From the NCBI GenBank assembly GCA_003598085.1, contig QZKU01000042.1, forward strand, positions 28,138 to 92,137: a stretch of DNA of 64,000 nt. Direction: 5' to 3'. Each line of letters opens with the position of its first letter. Within the stretch, counting starts at the first letter, position 1. Below the pieces are notes generated by a model. That model searched no databases and was not told the DNA's origin. It saw only the letters and a program-made list of their open reading frames with translations. This document shows positions 1-11,175 of the stretch, one piece after another. The DNA comes from Candidatus Abyssobacteria bacterium SURF_5. GTDB taxonomy: Bacteria; Abyssobacteria; SURF-5. A program made the translations under genes and the position numbers.

Positions 1-1
1 A

Positions 2-85
2 GAACGTCTGGATGCTCAGTCCGTGCAGGACGATGAAAACATATATCGCACCGTAGCCCGCCGAATGCTGGACGACCTGCTGTAG
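2..85 (+). CDS. C-terminal fragment of an unidentified upstream gene (partial)
   Basis: The frame is open from the window edge, reads ...ERLDAQSVQDDENIYRTVARRMLDDLL and ends at TAG 83-85. There is no start in the window and the ORF track does not list it. Confidence 0.3.
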   Translation, partial: ERLDAQSVQDDENIYRTVARRMLDDLL

Positions 86-148
86 AGAAGACTCCTCAAG
101 CTTACCTTTGCGTAAACCTGCCACAGGGAAAACTTTTTTGGACGCGAT

Positions 149-1126
149 CTAAGGGTATTTCCCCATTCTGACGGTTATTTGCGGCAGAGATGCCACGACG
201 ACGTCTCCGATGATCTGCAGAGATTCAGGGTTCACCTTGTCGAGGGTATCCTCCGGCGAATGCCAGAATTCATTTGTACGTGACGCGGGGCCATAATGAA
301 AATCGATGATGTTCAGAGCCGGAATTTTTCTCTTCAGGAAGGGGAGGTGGTCGTTTTGAATCCAGGCCGGCGCGGTAGTGAATTGTTTTTGATAACCCAT
401 GCGTTCGGCGGTATTCCACACGATGTTTCTCAGCCAGCGCGTTGAATACAGTTCGGTCTCGATTGAAAGATGCGAATCGCCCACCATATCAAGGAGGATC
501 ATCGCCTTCACGTTCTTGATCTCACCCGATGCCTGAAGTCGATCGACATAATGGTTGCTTCCGTACAGGCTGTCGGCGGGGCTCCATTTGACGAAGGCTT
601 CTTCGCCGTCAAAGAAAACCAGCCACAGGGTCGTCCCCGTTTGTTTTGGCTGCAGACATTGCGAAAGTTCGAGCAAGACCGCCGTTCCCGAGGCGCCGTC
701 ATTTGCTCCGACGAATTCGAACCCATTGAATAATTTAGTGTCGTAATGGGCGCCCACTATGATTACGTCGCTGGATAAGCCGGGCAAAACGCCGATGATA
801 TTCTTCATCTTCTTTGTGCCGAGTGGCGTTCGAGCCTCGAACGGCTGCTCCTTGACATCAACACCATTGACACGCAGGTGATTCAAGATGTAGTCCTGTG
901 CCCTGGCCGCTGCGGGAGTTCCGGGCACCCGCGGCCCCAGCTTCACCAGAGAACGAAGATGCTCAAAGGCCCGATTCCCATTGAACGAGCACGCTGTTCT
1001 TTCGGCGGTCGCGTTCGTTGGTTTGAAAGCGAGGTATCCGGCTGTAAGAAGGGCGCACAGAACGGCAAGCAAAGCAAGCGCCGATGTTTTACAGAAAATC
1101 TCCAGGATGATCCGAAGGGATTTCAT
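149..1126 (-). CDS. M28-family metallopeptidase / glutaminyl-peptide cyclotransferase-like protein, membrane-anchored or secreted
   Basis: 325-aa ORF with a hydrophobic N-terminus. Motifs GAHYDTK, GANDGASGTAVLLEL, FFDGEEA and LLDMVG are typical of the M28 fold and of bacterial glutaminyl cyclases. Confidence 0.8.
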   Translation of the reverse strand: MKSLRIILEIFCKTSALALLAVLCALLTAGYLAFKPTNATAERTACSFNGNRAFEHLRSLVKLGPRVPGTPAAARAQDYILNHLRVNGVDVKEQPFEARTPLGTKKMKNIIGVLPGLSSDVIIVGAHYDTKLFNGFEFVGANDGASGTAVLLELSQCLQPKQTGTTLWLVFFDGEEAFVKWSPADSLYGSNHYVDRLQASGEIKNVKAMILLDMVGDSHLSIETELYSTRWLRNIVWNTAERMGYQKQFTTAPAWIQNDHLPFLKRKIPALNIIDFHYGPASRTNEFWHSPEDTLDKVNPESLQIIGDVVVASLPQITVRMGKYP

Positions 1127-2579
1127 GTATTCCTCTCCCGGTCATGAAGAAGACGGGTCGTGACGAATTCAGGGCCGCCATGGCCTCGGGGTTTGCCGCG
1201 ATCCGCTCGCGATAATCATCGGTTTCGGAATGCAGCACGAGGGCAAGGTCGGGTCGTATGCCCTCGACGTATTGCGCATATTTCATGAGCGTGAAGTAAG
1301 TCCATGAAGTGACAATGACCGAATTCTCCGGGAGTCGCTCGTTGATGAGGTTGATGTACTCCCTGCCCCTGCGCTCACGACGCCAGTCGATTGTCGGGAA
1401 TGAGCAGCCGGCTTCAACGCTCCATTGGAGGAATCGGGATGAGGGGAAGATGAGATATGCGGTGACGGCCCAGGCGGCAAGCAGAGTCCAGAAAGCGACA
1501 TGAGAGCCTGCCGGGGACTTGCGGCTGATCCAATCGCGCATCGCATCAGCCCCGGCGGCGATCCAGACAGCGGAAACGATGCAACTGGGAATGAGGTAAT
1601 GAAAAAAGGAGAAGTAATAGCTGAAGTTGGTCAGGTAGAGCGAATTTGCGGCCTGGATCAAGCCGAGAAAAATAGATATCCGCCAGTTGCGTTTCCAGAA
1701 CGTGAGGATGCCGGCGATCAATAAAGGAATCATGATATGGAAGCTGCCCAGATAGACTTTCAGAAGATAGAGGGAGCTCCTGGCGATTGTCCCAAAGCCG
1801 CTGAACGAAGCCGGATTGTGCGAGAGTCCGAGGACGTAATACAGGAGACTCACGGGAGTCGTCGGAGAAGAAAACGTATCGAATGGCGGCGCCACGGTCG
1901 CGCGATGCATCATCCAGATATATGGAGCAAGCCCCAGCGCGAAGAGGCACCCTCCCAACAACAGATTCCTTGGCTGCAACTCATTTCTTTTTGTGAGCAC
2001 GAGCCAACCGATAGCGGGCAGGTGCAGCAGATTCTGCATATGCGCCGTCCAACTCAGGCCGAAGACGAGCATGCCGGCCAGGAAATGGAGGCGTGATCCC
2101 CGGATTAGGAACAGGCTGAACAGGAGGATGTACGAGGCTGTCAACATACCCGCGAAAGCATGCACGTTCGCGGACTCGGCTCGCGACCAGAGGACGGGGG
2201 AGAACCCAAGAACTATTCCGCCGAAAATCGCTAATGAATCCTTTTCCAGCAGGACGCGAATGGTCAAGGCGGCGAGCATGACGGTTATCGCGGCGCTTGC
2301 TGCGGAGAACATATTGAGCCGATACGCCACGGTGCCGACAGGCAGAAAAGAGAACAGTTTTCCCGCGACCACTGTGATCGGATAACCGGTTTGATGGCAG
2401 ACGCCGATCAGGTACGACTGAGCCACCAAATCTGCGCTGTCACCGGTAACGATGTCGGGGGCCAGAAAATGACGATATATAAGAAAGAAGAATAAGGCGG
2501 CGCCCGCGCAGGCGATATATGTGGTTCGAGGTAGTGAATTCATCTGGCGTTTTGAGATCTTGCGGCCCCCCATTGACAT
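1089..2579 (-). CDS. Polytopic membrane protein, DUF2723/TMEM260-like GT-C glycosyltransferase (putative)
   Basis: 496-aa ORF with many hydrophobic segments. The N-terminal GDSADLV...CHQTGYP resembles the DUF2723 signature as I recall it; this was not searched. Confidence 0.65.
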   Translation of the reverse strand: MSMGGRKISKRQMNSLPRTTYIACAGAALFFFLIYRHFLAPDIVTGDSADLVAQSYLIGVCHQTGYPITVVAGKLFSFLPVGTVAYRLNMFSAASAAITVMLAALTIRVLLEKDSLAIFGGIVLGFSPVLWSRAESANVHAFAGMLTASYILLFSLFLIRGSRLHFLAGMLVFGLSWTAHMQNLLHLPAIGWLVLTKRNELQPRNLLLGGCLFALGLAPYIWMMHRATVAPPFDTFSSPTTPVSLLYYVLGLSHNPASFSGFGTIARSSLYLLKVYLGSFHIMIPLLIAGILTFWKRNWRISIFLGLIQAANSLYLTNFSYYFSFFHYLIPSCIVSAVWIAAGADAMRDWISRKSPAGSHVAFWTLLAAWAVTAYLIFPSSRFLQWSVEAGCSFPTIDWRRERRGREYINLINERLPENSVIVTSWTYFTLMKYAQYVEGIRPDLALVLHSETDDYRERIAANPEAMAALNSSRPVFFMTGRGIHEIPSDHPGDFL

Positions 2580-2630
2580 TAATTATATCATGGCGATTAA
2601 CAACGGTTGAAGGCAATAACGATCATCCGG

Positions 2631-2659
2631 TTGACATGTGAATCAAAATTCGCGAGAAT
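2631..2659 (+). promoter_or_regulatory. Possible sigma70-type promoter for the FmdB-like gene
   Basis: TTGACA (2631-2636), a 17-nt spacer, then GAGAAT (2654-2659). It lies about 40 nt upstream of ATG 2698. The -10 element is weak. Confidence 0.3.
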
Positions 2660-2697
2660 AGTTAGTAGAAAAACGTTTGTTTGCGGGAGGTGAAGCA

Positions 2698-2955
2698 ATG
2701 CCGACATATATCTATAAGGCCAGGAACGGCGGCTGTTCTTTCTGCAAAAAATCCTTCGAGCAAAAGCAAGGAATACAAGAAGCGCCTTTGTCAATCTGCC
2801 CCCAATGCGGCGCGGCGATCGAAAGAGTCATTTGCGCGCCGAACCTGATGACGGGGCGAAGCGAGAAGTCGATCCTTTCCGACGGCAACCTCCAGAAGCA
2901 CGGGTTCACGAAATTAATAAATGAGGGTGGCGGAAAGTTTCGCAAGACGTGGTGA
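2698..2955 (+). CDS. FmdB-family zinc-ribbon protein
   Basis: MPTYIYKA... with CSFC and CPQCG cysteine pairs. A GGGAGG Shine-Dalgarno lies about 8 nt upstream of ATG 2698. The track start at 2677 is probably too early. Confidence 0.8.
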   Translation: MPTYIYKARNGGCSFCKKSFEQKQGIQEAPLSICPQCGAAIERVICAPNLMTGRSEKSILSDGNLQKHGFTKLINEGGGKFRKTW

Positions 2956-3001
2956 CTTTTCCGGGAGATGAGGGAGGGCTCAGTTCCAGCCGAACGCCTT
3001 C

Positions 3002-3292
3002 TCATTTATCCAGTTCTCGATACAGAATCCATTCGAGATCGGGGCCCTTTCGATCCAGATAGATTTCGAAGACGCGCCCTTCCCGAGTCAGCACCTGAAA
3101 ATACGTGCGGTGGCGGCGCAGCTTCCATGTTTTCCGCTTGGGCGAACCGGGAGGGAATCCCCAGTCCTGCCAAATCCTGATGATTTTCTGAATGTGGAAC
3201 TCTTTCCCGCGCCAGGTAAAGGCCACCGGTTGTACGGGCTCGCCTGCGCCCTCGATCTCGATTTTTTCAGAGAAGATTTCCATGAGGATCAC
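3002..3292 (-). CDS. Small conserved hypothetical protein
   Basis: 96-aa ORF. Its start overlaps the stop of the upstream membrane gene (3289-3292), suggesting translational coupling. No family recognised. Confidence 0.5.
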   Translation of the reverse strand: MILMEIFSEKIEIEGAGEPVQPVAFTWRGKEFHIQKIIRIWQDWGFPPGSPKRKTWKLRRHRTYFQVLTREGRVFEIYLDRKGPDLEWILYRELDK

Positions 3293-5232
3293 GTGATCGA
3301 GCGCCCTGACTCTTCACCTTTGTTTTTCGTTTTTGCGAGCGCCCAAATGGACAGCAGAGTCGCTTGCAGAACGATGCCGGCAACGCCCAGCATTTTCCAA
3401 TGATCGGCGAGAATATCCGCCAGAAATGAAAGCTGGTTCTGCTCCTTCAGGGCCCAATTCTTTTCACCAGCCCAGCCCCAGTTATTGCGGATGATCAGGA
3501 GAGGGAACCAGAGTATCAGCAAGTTCTCCGCCATAATCGGCAAGACGAGCAGGAGCTTCAGTTTTCTCGGGAAATCGGCTGCGATCCGCGCAAGGAAAAG
3601 CAATGTCAGAACAACGGCTGTCGCACTGCCGGCGCTTATTGTTCCGTGTATATATATCTCGTGAACTGTGATTATTCCGCCAAGATAGCCGGCAATCGCC
3701 ATCCAGTACAACAGGTATGCGCCGGCAAGTTTATCATCGTCAGGGATCCGCTCTGCGCTGGATCTTTTCTTGACCGAGAGAGCGAAAAATGCCAAACCTA
3801 AAGCAACTGCACCTGCTCCGAAGTAGCCTGCGAACATTTTTCTCGCGAAATCCGGGTGATTAAAATAGCGGGGGAAAAAGTTCTGCCCGAAATTCTGTCC
3901 CGCCAGAAGGAAGCCCGCAATCAATGCCGCCCACAGTGAAAGCACGAGCAGCGGGAGGCGAACGCGCTTTCCATGAAGCGATTGCACAAATGGGGCATCT
4001 TCCCGCGTGCGCGAGATTCTGTATACGATGGCGGCCAGCGCCGATGCAAAAAGCGTCGCAGTGCCGATGCCGAAAACAGAGTTGTACGAGAGCGCCTGCA
4101 GGTTCTGGAGGAATCGCAGGTAGTCGAGATTTTGCCCCGCGATGTCGTACAGAAAGAGCGGCGAGAACATAGCGGCAAGGACATGATACGTAAAAAGGGT
4201 GACATATCCAGCCAATCCACCCACAGCGGCTGGACGCTCATAATAGGAAAGAAACGTTCCAGCAACCCCGAAGAAGCGGGTGGACCAGGCAAACCAGATG
4301 CCGTCGATGATGAAAAAACAGACGACACAGGCGATCCCCATCCGAAGCGCTCTTGCCGGTTCTCTTTTTACAGCGGGCAAGAACATGTCCACGAGAATCA
4401 CGACGGTAGAGAACAACGAAGACTGATGCGCGAGGAATCCGGCCCAGATCAGCACAAAAACCGGTAAGGCAGCTTGTATATCGGGGAACCGGTGCTGTTT
4501 CCGATTGATCAGATAGAAATATGCGGCTGCCAGTGCAAAATATGCGGCAAACAGTTTTGGCCAGGGATACCAGCTATTGTGGACGAGCGACGGCGAGAAA
4601 AACAGGGCGGCCATAATCAATAAGGTTCTTTTTCTGCCGGTGAGATGAGCGCAGAGCGCGAAGGCCGGCAACACGAAGATCGAGTTGAGAAGAGAGGCCG
4701 CAAGCTGATAGACCCAGAAATGATCGCCGAAGATCGAGAGGAAGAAAGCGGTGTTGAGGTTGAGCAGCGGAGTTCGGGAGGCGAAGTTGTACATCCCGAG
4801 CCACAGGTGGTCGTGGGTGATCTTGCCGAGATACATCTGCGAAAGACTGTAGTGCTGCCACCAATCGAAGTACCAGAAACCACCGAGATAGATCGGGAAT
4901 GCCGCCTGAAGCAGCAGGATAAGCGCCAGGAACAGCGTGCCTATCACCAATGGCAGCCTGTATGTTTTTTCGGGGCCGGTTGTTCCTCGAAGCGCTGGAA
5001 TAATTGAAAGGACCATTAGCGCGAGAATCAGCGTGTGAAGCGCGAACTGAGGGAGGCCAAGAGCATGAGTGACAAAAGCAATTCCTCCGATTAGAAGCGA
5101 CGCGGCTGCGGGCGCGAGGACGGCGGCATCAATCGAGCTGAAGCGATTCAGCCGCCGCAGATGAAAGAAAGGGGCGGCATATGCGAGCGCAATCGCCGCG
5201 AGAGTAATCATTATATGGATGATTTCGCGCAT
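3289..5232 (-). CDS. Large polytopic membrane protein (GT-C-like, function unknown)
   Basis: 647-aa ORF, hydrophobic throughout. It sits between two other GT-C-like genes. No catalytic motif recognised. Confidence 0.6.
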   Translation of the reverse strand: MREIIHIMITLAAIALAYAAPFFHLRRLNRFSSIDAAVLAPAAASLLIGGIAFVTHALGLPQFALHTLILALMVLSIIPALRGTTGPEKTYRLPLVIGTLFLALILLLQAAFPIYLGGFWYFDWWQHYSLSQMYLGKITHDHLWLGMYNFASRTPLLNLNTAFFLSIFGDHFWVYQLAASLLNSIFVLPAFALCAHLTGRKRTLLIMAALFFSPSLVHNSWYPWPKLFAAYFALAAAYFYLINRKQHRFPDIQAALPVFVLIWAGFLAHQSSLFSTVVILVDMFLPAVKREPARALRMGIACVVCFFIIDGIWFAWSTRFFGVAGTFLSYYERPAAVGGLAGYVTLFTYHVLAAMFSPLFLYDIAGQNLDYLRFLQNLQALSYNSVFGIGTATLFASALAAIVYRISRTREDAPFVQSLHGKRVRLPLLVLSLWAALIAGFLLAGQNFGQNFFPRYFNHPDFARKMFAGYFGAGAVALGLAFFALSVKKRSSAERIPDDDKLAGAYLLYWMAIAGYLGGIITVHEIYIHGTISAGSATAVVLTLLFLARIAADFPRKLKLLLVLPIMAENLLILWFPLLIIRNNWGWAGEKNWALKEQNQLSFLADILADHWKMLGVAGIVLQATLLSIWALAKTKNKGEESGRSIT

Positions 5233-5241
5233 ATGTACGAG

Positions 5242-6888
5242 CTAGCCTGCTCCCCCACCGGTAGGCGAATCCCGTCTCGGTCGAATATAAATCAATGCGT
5301 TCGCCTCTTTCGTCAATAGATCATACCCGTTCTGCGCCACGGCCTCAAGATAGATGCTTTGCCACCAGTGCATGCAGTTGCCGGCAACGACCACCTGCAC
5401 GCGCGGGTCGGCGATGGCGCGGCGGAGATCGTCTTTGCGCAGCAACTTTAAAGCGTCGGCGGTTTCAGGGGGAATATCTTCGGAAACGCCGATCGAAATC
5501 TGATTTTCCATTTTTGGATAGATGGTTCTGTCGGCAGAAAGGAGGTAACCGGGCCAGGAGCTTACCACCGGCGATCCCTCGCTCGATGATTCGACTATAG
5601 CGGCTATTTTGTTAGCGGTGGCGATAGACCAGTCGTTTGGATCGCTTCCGTCTGGAATGCCGGGAACATTACGACCTTTGAAAAATAAGGAATGGACGCG
5701 TGGAGCCGCCGCTGTCGCGGCGAGGAGTGCAATGAGGGCAATGGAAGCGCATATTATCTTCCGCATTGCTGCCGGCAGAGGACGACTATAGGCGTGAATA
5801 GCCTGGAGCAGCGAGAGGGCCAGGAACGGGACGAGTACGCAGAAGTATTGTCCGAAGGTTGGCGTGGGCAGCAGCGAGGCGATTCCGAGAAGCGCGGCTG
5901 CAGCCGCGGCCAATTTTCCGCTGTCGCTCATGCGTTTCCACGCGATAATGGCAACCGGAAACGCGGCGAACAGAAGGGACAATTGTGTGGGGCGAAAAGT
6001 TCCGGGGCTGAAGACAAGTTTTCGCACTACCTCGAACTTTTGCGGCAGGTCCCCGACAAATCCCGCGGGATCACGAAGGGCGTGATACGTCACGTTATCG
6101 AAGAGGAACTGTCGGGGCGCCAGACAAAGGAGGATAAGGGACGGAATCAGCCCGAGAACGAATCCAGTCGAGAAATCCCTGAAGGCTGCGAGGCGGCGCC
6201 GATCAATCTGTTTCCAAAGAAAAAAGAGCAACGCAGGCGCGGCGGCAAGAAAGAAAAGACGGGTTTGCACGCTGAGCGCCAGGAGAAACCCTGCGGCGCC
6301 GAATCGATATTTTCCTTTGTACTCTCCGAGCAAGATGATGCTGCTGAAGAGAAGGGACGTCGAGAGAGCATACGTTTTAGCGGTAAGGAAGAAAAGGAGC
6401 ACGGAGAGATTCAGCGTGTATAGCAGGAAAGCGGCGACAGCGAGCAGCCGGCTACTTGTTGTCTTTTCGACCGCCCACACGAGAAGTGCGCCGGTTGCGG
6501 CTGAGAGGAGAGCAGAAAAGATACGGCCTGCTTCCCATGTATAGCCGAACAGGCGCATCCAGCAGCCGTACAGGTAGGGCAAAAGCGGCATCTGCTGATA
6601 GAAGACGTCTCTGTAGGGTATCGCTCCTTCAGAGAAGACGATTTTCGAGATGTAGAGATAGAATCCTTCGTCGCTGTCAATGAGCCGGCGTACTGCCAAG
6701 AGCGAGAAGAAGGACAATTGGATCAGAAAAAGGAGGGTGAAGGGGATCAGCCGGCGAAGGCGGGATGCGCTTTCTATCGTTTCGACTTCATCCCGCATTG
6801 TTTCCGGCACAGGCGGAGAGCCTGCGGGCGAAGCGGCGGGTTGTGATGACAGCCGGGGATTAGATGGCACTGCCGGTTCCGACGACAC
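5242..6888 (-). CDS. GT39/ArnT/PMT-like membrane glycosyltransferase (putative)
   Basis: 548-aa multi-TM ORF with an acidic DSDEGFY loop after the first TM, as in family 39 GT-C enzymes. An alternative start at 6798 (MRDEVE) would remove the 29-nt overlap with uvrA. Confidence 0.7.
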   Translation of the reverse strand: MSSEPAVPSNPRLSSQPAASPAGSPPVPETMRDEVETIESASRLRRLIPFTLLFLIQLSFFSLLAVRRLIDSDEGFYLYISKIVFSEGAIPYRDVFYQQMPLLPYLYGCWMRLFGYTWEAGRIFSALLSAATGALLVWAVEKTTSSRLLAVAAFLLYTLNLSVLLFFLTAKTYALSTSLLFSSIILLGEYKGKYRFGAAGFLLALSVQTRLFFLAAAPALLFFLWKQIDRRRLAAFRDFSTGFVLGLIPSLILLCLAPRQFLFDNVTYHALRDPAGFVGDLPQKFEVVRKLVFSPGTFRPTQLSLLFAAFPVAIIAWKRMSDSGKLAAAAAALLGIASLLPTPTFGQYFCVLVPFLALSLLQAIHAYSRPLPAAMRKIICASIALIALLAATAAAPRVHSLFFKGRNVPGIPDGSDPNDWSIATANKIAAIVESSSEGSPVVSSWPGYLLSADRTIYPKMENQISIGVSEDIPPETADALKLLRKDDLRRAIADPRVQVVVAGNCMHWWQSIYLEAVAQNGYDLLTKEANALIYIRPRRDSPTGGGAG

Positions 6889-9739
6889 TTTTTCTTTCTA
6901 AAACGGGTTTGAGAAAACGTCCGGTATATGATTTTTGGGAGGCGCTTATTTCTTCGGGAGTGCCAGCGCCAATGAGAAAGCCTCCCTCGTCGCCTCCTTC
7001 CGGTCCGAGATCGATTATATAGTCGGCTGTTTTGATAACATCGAGATTGTGCTCGATAACAATAACTGTGTTGCCGGCGTCGACCAGTCGCGCCAGGATG
7101 GCCAGGAGCCGCTTGATGTCGTCGAAATGCAGACCGGTTGTCGGCTCATCGAGGATATAGAGTGTTTTCCCGGTATCGCGCCGGGACAGTTCGGTGGATA
7201 ATTTCACGCGTTGGGCTTCGCCTCCCGAAAGTGTGGTGGATGACTGCCCGAGCTTGACGTAGCCAAGGCCGACGTCGAAAAGCGTTTGCATCTTCTGTTT
7301 GATAGCGGGGATTTCTGCAAAGAACGCGAGCGCGTCCTCGACCGTCATATCGAGAACTTCGGCGATATTTTTTCCCTTATACCTGACAGCGAGCGTTTCA
7401 CGGTTATAGCGCAGGCCGCCGCAGGCCTCGCAGGTGACGTACACGTCGGGCAAGAAGTGCATCTCGATCTTGATCAGGCCGTCCCCTTTGCAGGCCTCGC
7501 ACCGTCCGCCTTTCACGTTGAAGCTGAAGCGGCCCGGCCTGTATCCTCTCACTTTTGCGTCGGGCACGCGGGAGAACAGGTCGCGGATATGGGTGAAGAC
7601 GCCGGTGTAGGTGGCGGGATTTGATCGCGGGGTTCGACCAATCGGCGATTGGTCGATATCGATCACCTTATCGATATACTGGGCGCCCTTTAGGTCGTTA
7701 TACGGTCCGGGTTTGGTTTTCGATCGATAGAGCTTTCGCGCCAGCGCGGGATAAAGCGTTTCGTCGACGAGTGAAGATTTGCCGGAGCCGGATACGCCCG
7801 TGACGGCGATGAAAAGACCGAGCGGGAATGAGACGTCGATATTCTTCAAATTATTGTGGCGCACGCCGATCAATTCGAGATTTTTGCCGTTTCCCTGTCG
7901 CCTCACCGCAGGCATTTCGATCTGGAGCTCGCCGGTCAGGTATTTTCCGGTCATCGAGCGGTCGCACATCATGATTTCGTCCGGTGTGCCGGAAATCACC
8001 ACCTCGCCGCCATGGACACCTGCCATCGGGCCGAGGTCGATTATGTAATCGGCGGTCCGCATGGTGGCCTCATCATGCTCGACAACAATAACAGTGTTTC
8101 CGATGTCCCGCAGCCTGAGCAGCGTTTGCAGGAGGCGGTGGTTGTCGCGCTGGTGCAGTCCGATGCTCGGCTCATCCAGGATGTAGAGGACTCCGACCAA
8201 TCCGGAGCCCACCTGTGTGGCCAGCCGTATTCGTTGTGATTCACCGCCCGCAAGCGTGCCGGCGGGTCGGTCAAGCGTGAGGTAATCGAGGCCGACATTG
8301 AGCATGAAGTCGAGCCGCTCGCGCATTTCCTTCAGAATTCGCCCCGCGATCTGTGATTCCACTTTCGAGAGCCTAAGCCGGCCGAAGAACTGCCGCGCCT
8401 CCTTAATGGACAGAGCCGTCACCCCGGCGATGTTCTTTTCGCCCACCCGCACGGCAAGGCTCTCGGGCTTCAATCTGGCGCCTCCGCATGCAGTGCAGGG
8501 GCGCGGCCTCATATAGGACTCGATCCACTCTCTGATCGCGACCGAATCGGTTTCCTTATACCGCCGTTTCAGGTTTGGGATAACGCCTTCGTAGGTCTTA
8601 TGGAAGGCATACTTGTTGCGCCCATGCGACAGCGCAAAATCGAGTTCTTCTTCATTAGTGCCGTAGAGGAGGATATCACGATGTTTCGGCGAGAGATTCT
8701 TGAAGCTGGTGTTGATGTCGAAGCCGTAATGCCGGCTCACCTGTTCAAGCATCTGGGTGAAGTAGCGCGAGTTTTTCTGAATCGTTTGCCAGGGCTCGAT
8801 GGCCCCCTGTCGAATGCTTTTAGTCGGGTCCGGCACTACGAGCTCGGGCTCGATCTCCAAGCTGGTTCCTAATCCGCCGCATGCCGGACATGCGCCGTGG
8901 GGGCTATTGAATGAGAACATTCGCGGTTCGAGTTCGGGATAGCTGATCCCGCACTCGATGCATGCCAATTTTTCGCTGAAAATCTTTTCCCGGCTCTTGG
9001 CGCGACCGCCGGCGGGCTCCTCAGATAAGAGGCTCACGATGCCTTTGCCAAGCCGCAAAGCGGTCTCAACCGAGTCGTTCAGTCGCGAGCGAATTCCGTG
9101 CTTTACGACGAGGCGGTCAATGACGACGTCAACATCGTGGGCTTTGCGTTTGGCGAGTTTGATCTCCTCGCTGGCGACATCGTACATCTTGCCATCTACG
9201 CGCACGCGCACGTAGCCCTCTTTGCGGACGTTCTCGAAAATGTGGCGATACTCGCCTTTTCGCCCGCGCACGAGCGGGGCGAGCAGGATGAGGCGCGTTC
9301 CTTCCGGGAGGGAGGCGATCTGGTCGGTAATTTCCTGTGCAGTCTGCGAAGAGATGATTTTGCCGCACTTGTAGCAATGGGGCGTGCCGATGCGGGCATA
9401 CAGGACCCGCAAATAGTCGTAAATTTCAGTGACCGTTCCGACCGTCGAGCGGGGGTTTCTTCCGGCCGTTTTCTGTTCGATGGAGATTGCGGGTGAAAGA
9501 CCCTCGATGTGTTCGACGTCGGGTTTCTGCATCTGCTCGAGGAACTGGCGAGCATAAGCTGAGAGGCTCTCGACATAGCGGCGTTGTCCTTCGGCGTATA
9601 TGGTATCGAATGCAAGAGAGGACTTGCCCGAGCCGCTCAGTCCCGTGATCACGACGAGTTTATCGCGCGGAATGCGCAGATCGATGTTTTTCAGGTTATG
9701 TTCCTTGGCACCGCGTATATCAATGAACCGGTCATTCAT
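6860..9739 (-). CDS. uvrA: Excinuclease ABC subunit A
   Basis: 959 aa. [35 protein letters not shown], two ABC modules ([25 protein letters not shown]) and zinc-finger cysteines. Confidence 0.97.
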   Translation of the reverse strand: MNDRFIDIRGAKEHNLKNIDLRIPRDKLVVITGLSGSGKSSLAFDTIYAEGQRRYVESLSAYARQFLEQMQKPDVEHIEGLSPAISIEQKTAGRNPRSTVGTVTEIYDYLRVLYARIGTPHCYKCGKIISSQTAQEITDQIASLPEGTRLILLAPLVRGRKGEYRHIFENVRKEGYVRVRVDGKMYDVASEEIKLAKRKAHDVDVVIDRLVVKHGIRSRLNDSVETALRLGKGIVSLLSEEPAGGRAKSREKIFSEKLACIECGISYPELEPRMFSFNSPHGACPACGGLGTSLEIEPELVVPDPTKSIRQGAIEPWQTIQKNSRYFTQMLEQVSRHYGFDINTSFKNLSPKHRDILLYGTNEEELDFALSHGRNKYAFHKTYEGVIPNLKRRYKETDSVAIREWIESYMRPRPCTACGGARLKPESLAVRVGEKNIAGVTALSIKEARQFFGRLRLSKVESQIAGRILKEMRERLDFMLNVGLDYLTLDRPAGTLAGGESQRIRLATQVGSGLVGVLYILDEPSIGLHQRDNHRLLQTLLRLRDIGNTVIVVEHDEATMRTADYIIDLGPMAGVHGGEVVISGTPDEIMMCDRSMTGKYLTGELQIEMPAVRRQGNGKNLELIGVRHNNLKNIDVSFPLGLFIAVTGVSGSGKSSLVDETLYPALARKLYRSKTKPGPYNDLKGAQYIDKVIDIDQSPIGRTPRSNPATYTGVFTHIRDLFSRVPDAKVRGYRPGRFSFNVKGGRCEACKGDGLIKIEMHFLPDVYVTCEACGGLRYNRETLAVRYKGKNIAEVLDMTVEDALAFFAEIPAIKQKMQTLFDVGLGYVKLGQSSTTLSGGEAQRVKLSTELSRRDTGKTLYILDEPTTGLHFDDIKRLLAILARLVDAGNTVIVIEHNLDVIKTADYIIDLGPEGGDEGGFLIGAGTPEEISASQKSYTGRFLKPVLERKSVVGTGSAI

Positions 9740-9745
9740 CCGGAA

Positions 9746-10417
9746 TTAAATCTCCCATCCGAATCTTCCAACCAGCGGCACAAAAACGCAGCTGGTGAGA
9801 TCGGTTTCCTCGAACTTTCGTCCGCGCCGAACGATCCGTTTGCACACCTGGATCATTTTTTGGCCGACCGGGATGATGAGCCTGCCGTCATCGGCCAACT
9901 GTTCCAGGAGCACCTCCGGCACTTCCGGCGCTGCGGCTGTAACGAGAATCGCATCGAAGGGCGCGTGTTCGGGGAGTCCCCGGCTCCCGTCGCCGCAGAA
10001 GACGGCGATGTTGGCATACCCTACCTGTTTGAGGGTAGCGTACGCAAGGCAGGCCAAGCGCTGGCGCCGCTCGATTGTGTAGACAAATGACGTCAATCTG
10101 GAGAGGACGCCCGCCTGATAGCCGCTGCCCGTGCCGACCTCGAGCACGACATCGGAAGGCCGCAACATCAGCTCCTGCGTCATGACGGCCACCATGTAAG
10201 GCTGAGAGATCGTCTGATTCTCCCCAATGGACAGCGGGTGGTCCTCATAAGCCTGGTGCCTGAGTTCCTGCGGAACAAATTCATGGCGCGGCACCAGGAG
10301 CATTGCTGCCAGGACGCGTTCATCGCGGATTCCGCGACCGCGCAATTGTCGCTCCACCATGAGGCGCCGGGCGAGCTTCAACTTGGGCGGGTCATGGAAG
10401 GCGGCGCTTACTGCCAT
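9746..10417 (-). CDS. pcm: Protein-L-isoaspartate O-methyltransferase
   Basis: 223 aa. [10 protein letters not shown] and [15 protein letters not shown]-binding motifs. Confidence 0.93.
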   Translation of the reverse strand: MAVSAAFHDPPKLKLARRLMVERQLRGRGIRDERVLAAMLLVPRHEFVPQELRHQAYEDHPLSIGENQTISQPYMVAVMTQELMLRPSDVVLEVGTGSGYQAGVLSRLTSFVYTIERRQRLACLAYATLKQVGYANIAVFCGDGSRGLPEHAPFDAILVTAAAPEVPEVLLEQLADDGRLIIPVGQKMIQVCKRIVRRGRKFEETDLTSCVFVPLVGRFGWEI

Positions 10418-10471
10418 AAGGCGAAATGAGGATGTGCCGGTAGCCTGCGCATGGCGGGTATTGGGCCGTTG

Positions 10472-10678
10472 CTATTTTGAGATCAGGGAGTCCATGTCAT
10501 TCACCACGGCCTCGGCGATCTCTTTTTTGATGGCATCCGAAACTTTATAATTGTGTTGTTTTTCCAGAATTTCCAGTGTTTTCATAACGAGACTGTACGT
10601 AAATTCCTCTAATTTCACAATCAGCCTCCATGACTGACATCGAGTTAAGGTCGTATGAAAGAAGTTATCCAATACCAA
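10472..10678 (-). CDS. Small hypothetical protein (uncertain)
   Basis: 68-aa ORF in a relatively AT-rich gap between pcm and the response regulator. No motif. It may start at the internal MKTLEILEK. Confidence 0.25.
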   Translation of the reverse strand: MVLDNFFHTTLTRCQSWRLIVKLEEFTYSLVMKTLEILEKQHNYKVSDAIKKEIAEAVVNDMDSLISK

Positions 10679-10772
10679 GAAAATTATAACATGGAGCGAA
10701 AACGACAGTCAATCGATCATCAGTGTGGGTGGCAGAGAAGAAGCGGCGTATTCTGCGGGGACAGGGAAAACG

Positions 10773-11156
10773 TTACTTCCTCGGGGATTCTTTTTCGACG
10801 ATTTCGCGAATGACTTTCAGTGCGCGGTTCACATTGAAAGGTTTTTCCAGACAGAGAAGTGCGCCCATACTGAGGGCTTCCTGCACGTTCTTGTCCATTC
10901 CGAATCCGGTGGTGACGAGCACCGGGACACTTGAATTGAACTGACGGATCGCCTTGAAGGTGTCCAATCCGTTCAGGTCGGGCATGTGCATGTCGAGGAT
11001 GACGAGATCGAAGTGAGTCGCCTTCAGTTGTTGGAGGGCGGCGACGCCGCCGCCGACGGGCCTCGGGGCATAGCCGAGGATCTCGATGATGTCGCAGAAC
11101 AGCTGGCGGACCTCTTCATTATCATCAATAATCAGTATCTGCCTATTATCAACCAT
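10773..11156 (-). CDS. Single-domain response regulator (CheY-like receiver)
   Basis: ILIIDDNEE ... LVILDMHMPDLNG ... PVLVTTG receiver motifs. The start at MVDNRQ (11156) avoids overlap with the upstream gene; the track start is 11210. Confidence 0.85.
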   Translation of the reverse strand: MVDNRQILIIDDNEEVRQLFCDIIEILGYAPRPVGGGVAALQQLKATHFDLVILDMHMPDLNGLDTFKAIRQFNSSVPVLVTTGFGMDKNVQEALSMGALLCLEKPFNVNRALKVIREIVEKESPRK

Positions 11157-11175
11157 GCGCTTCTCCCTCTCGGTC

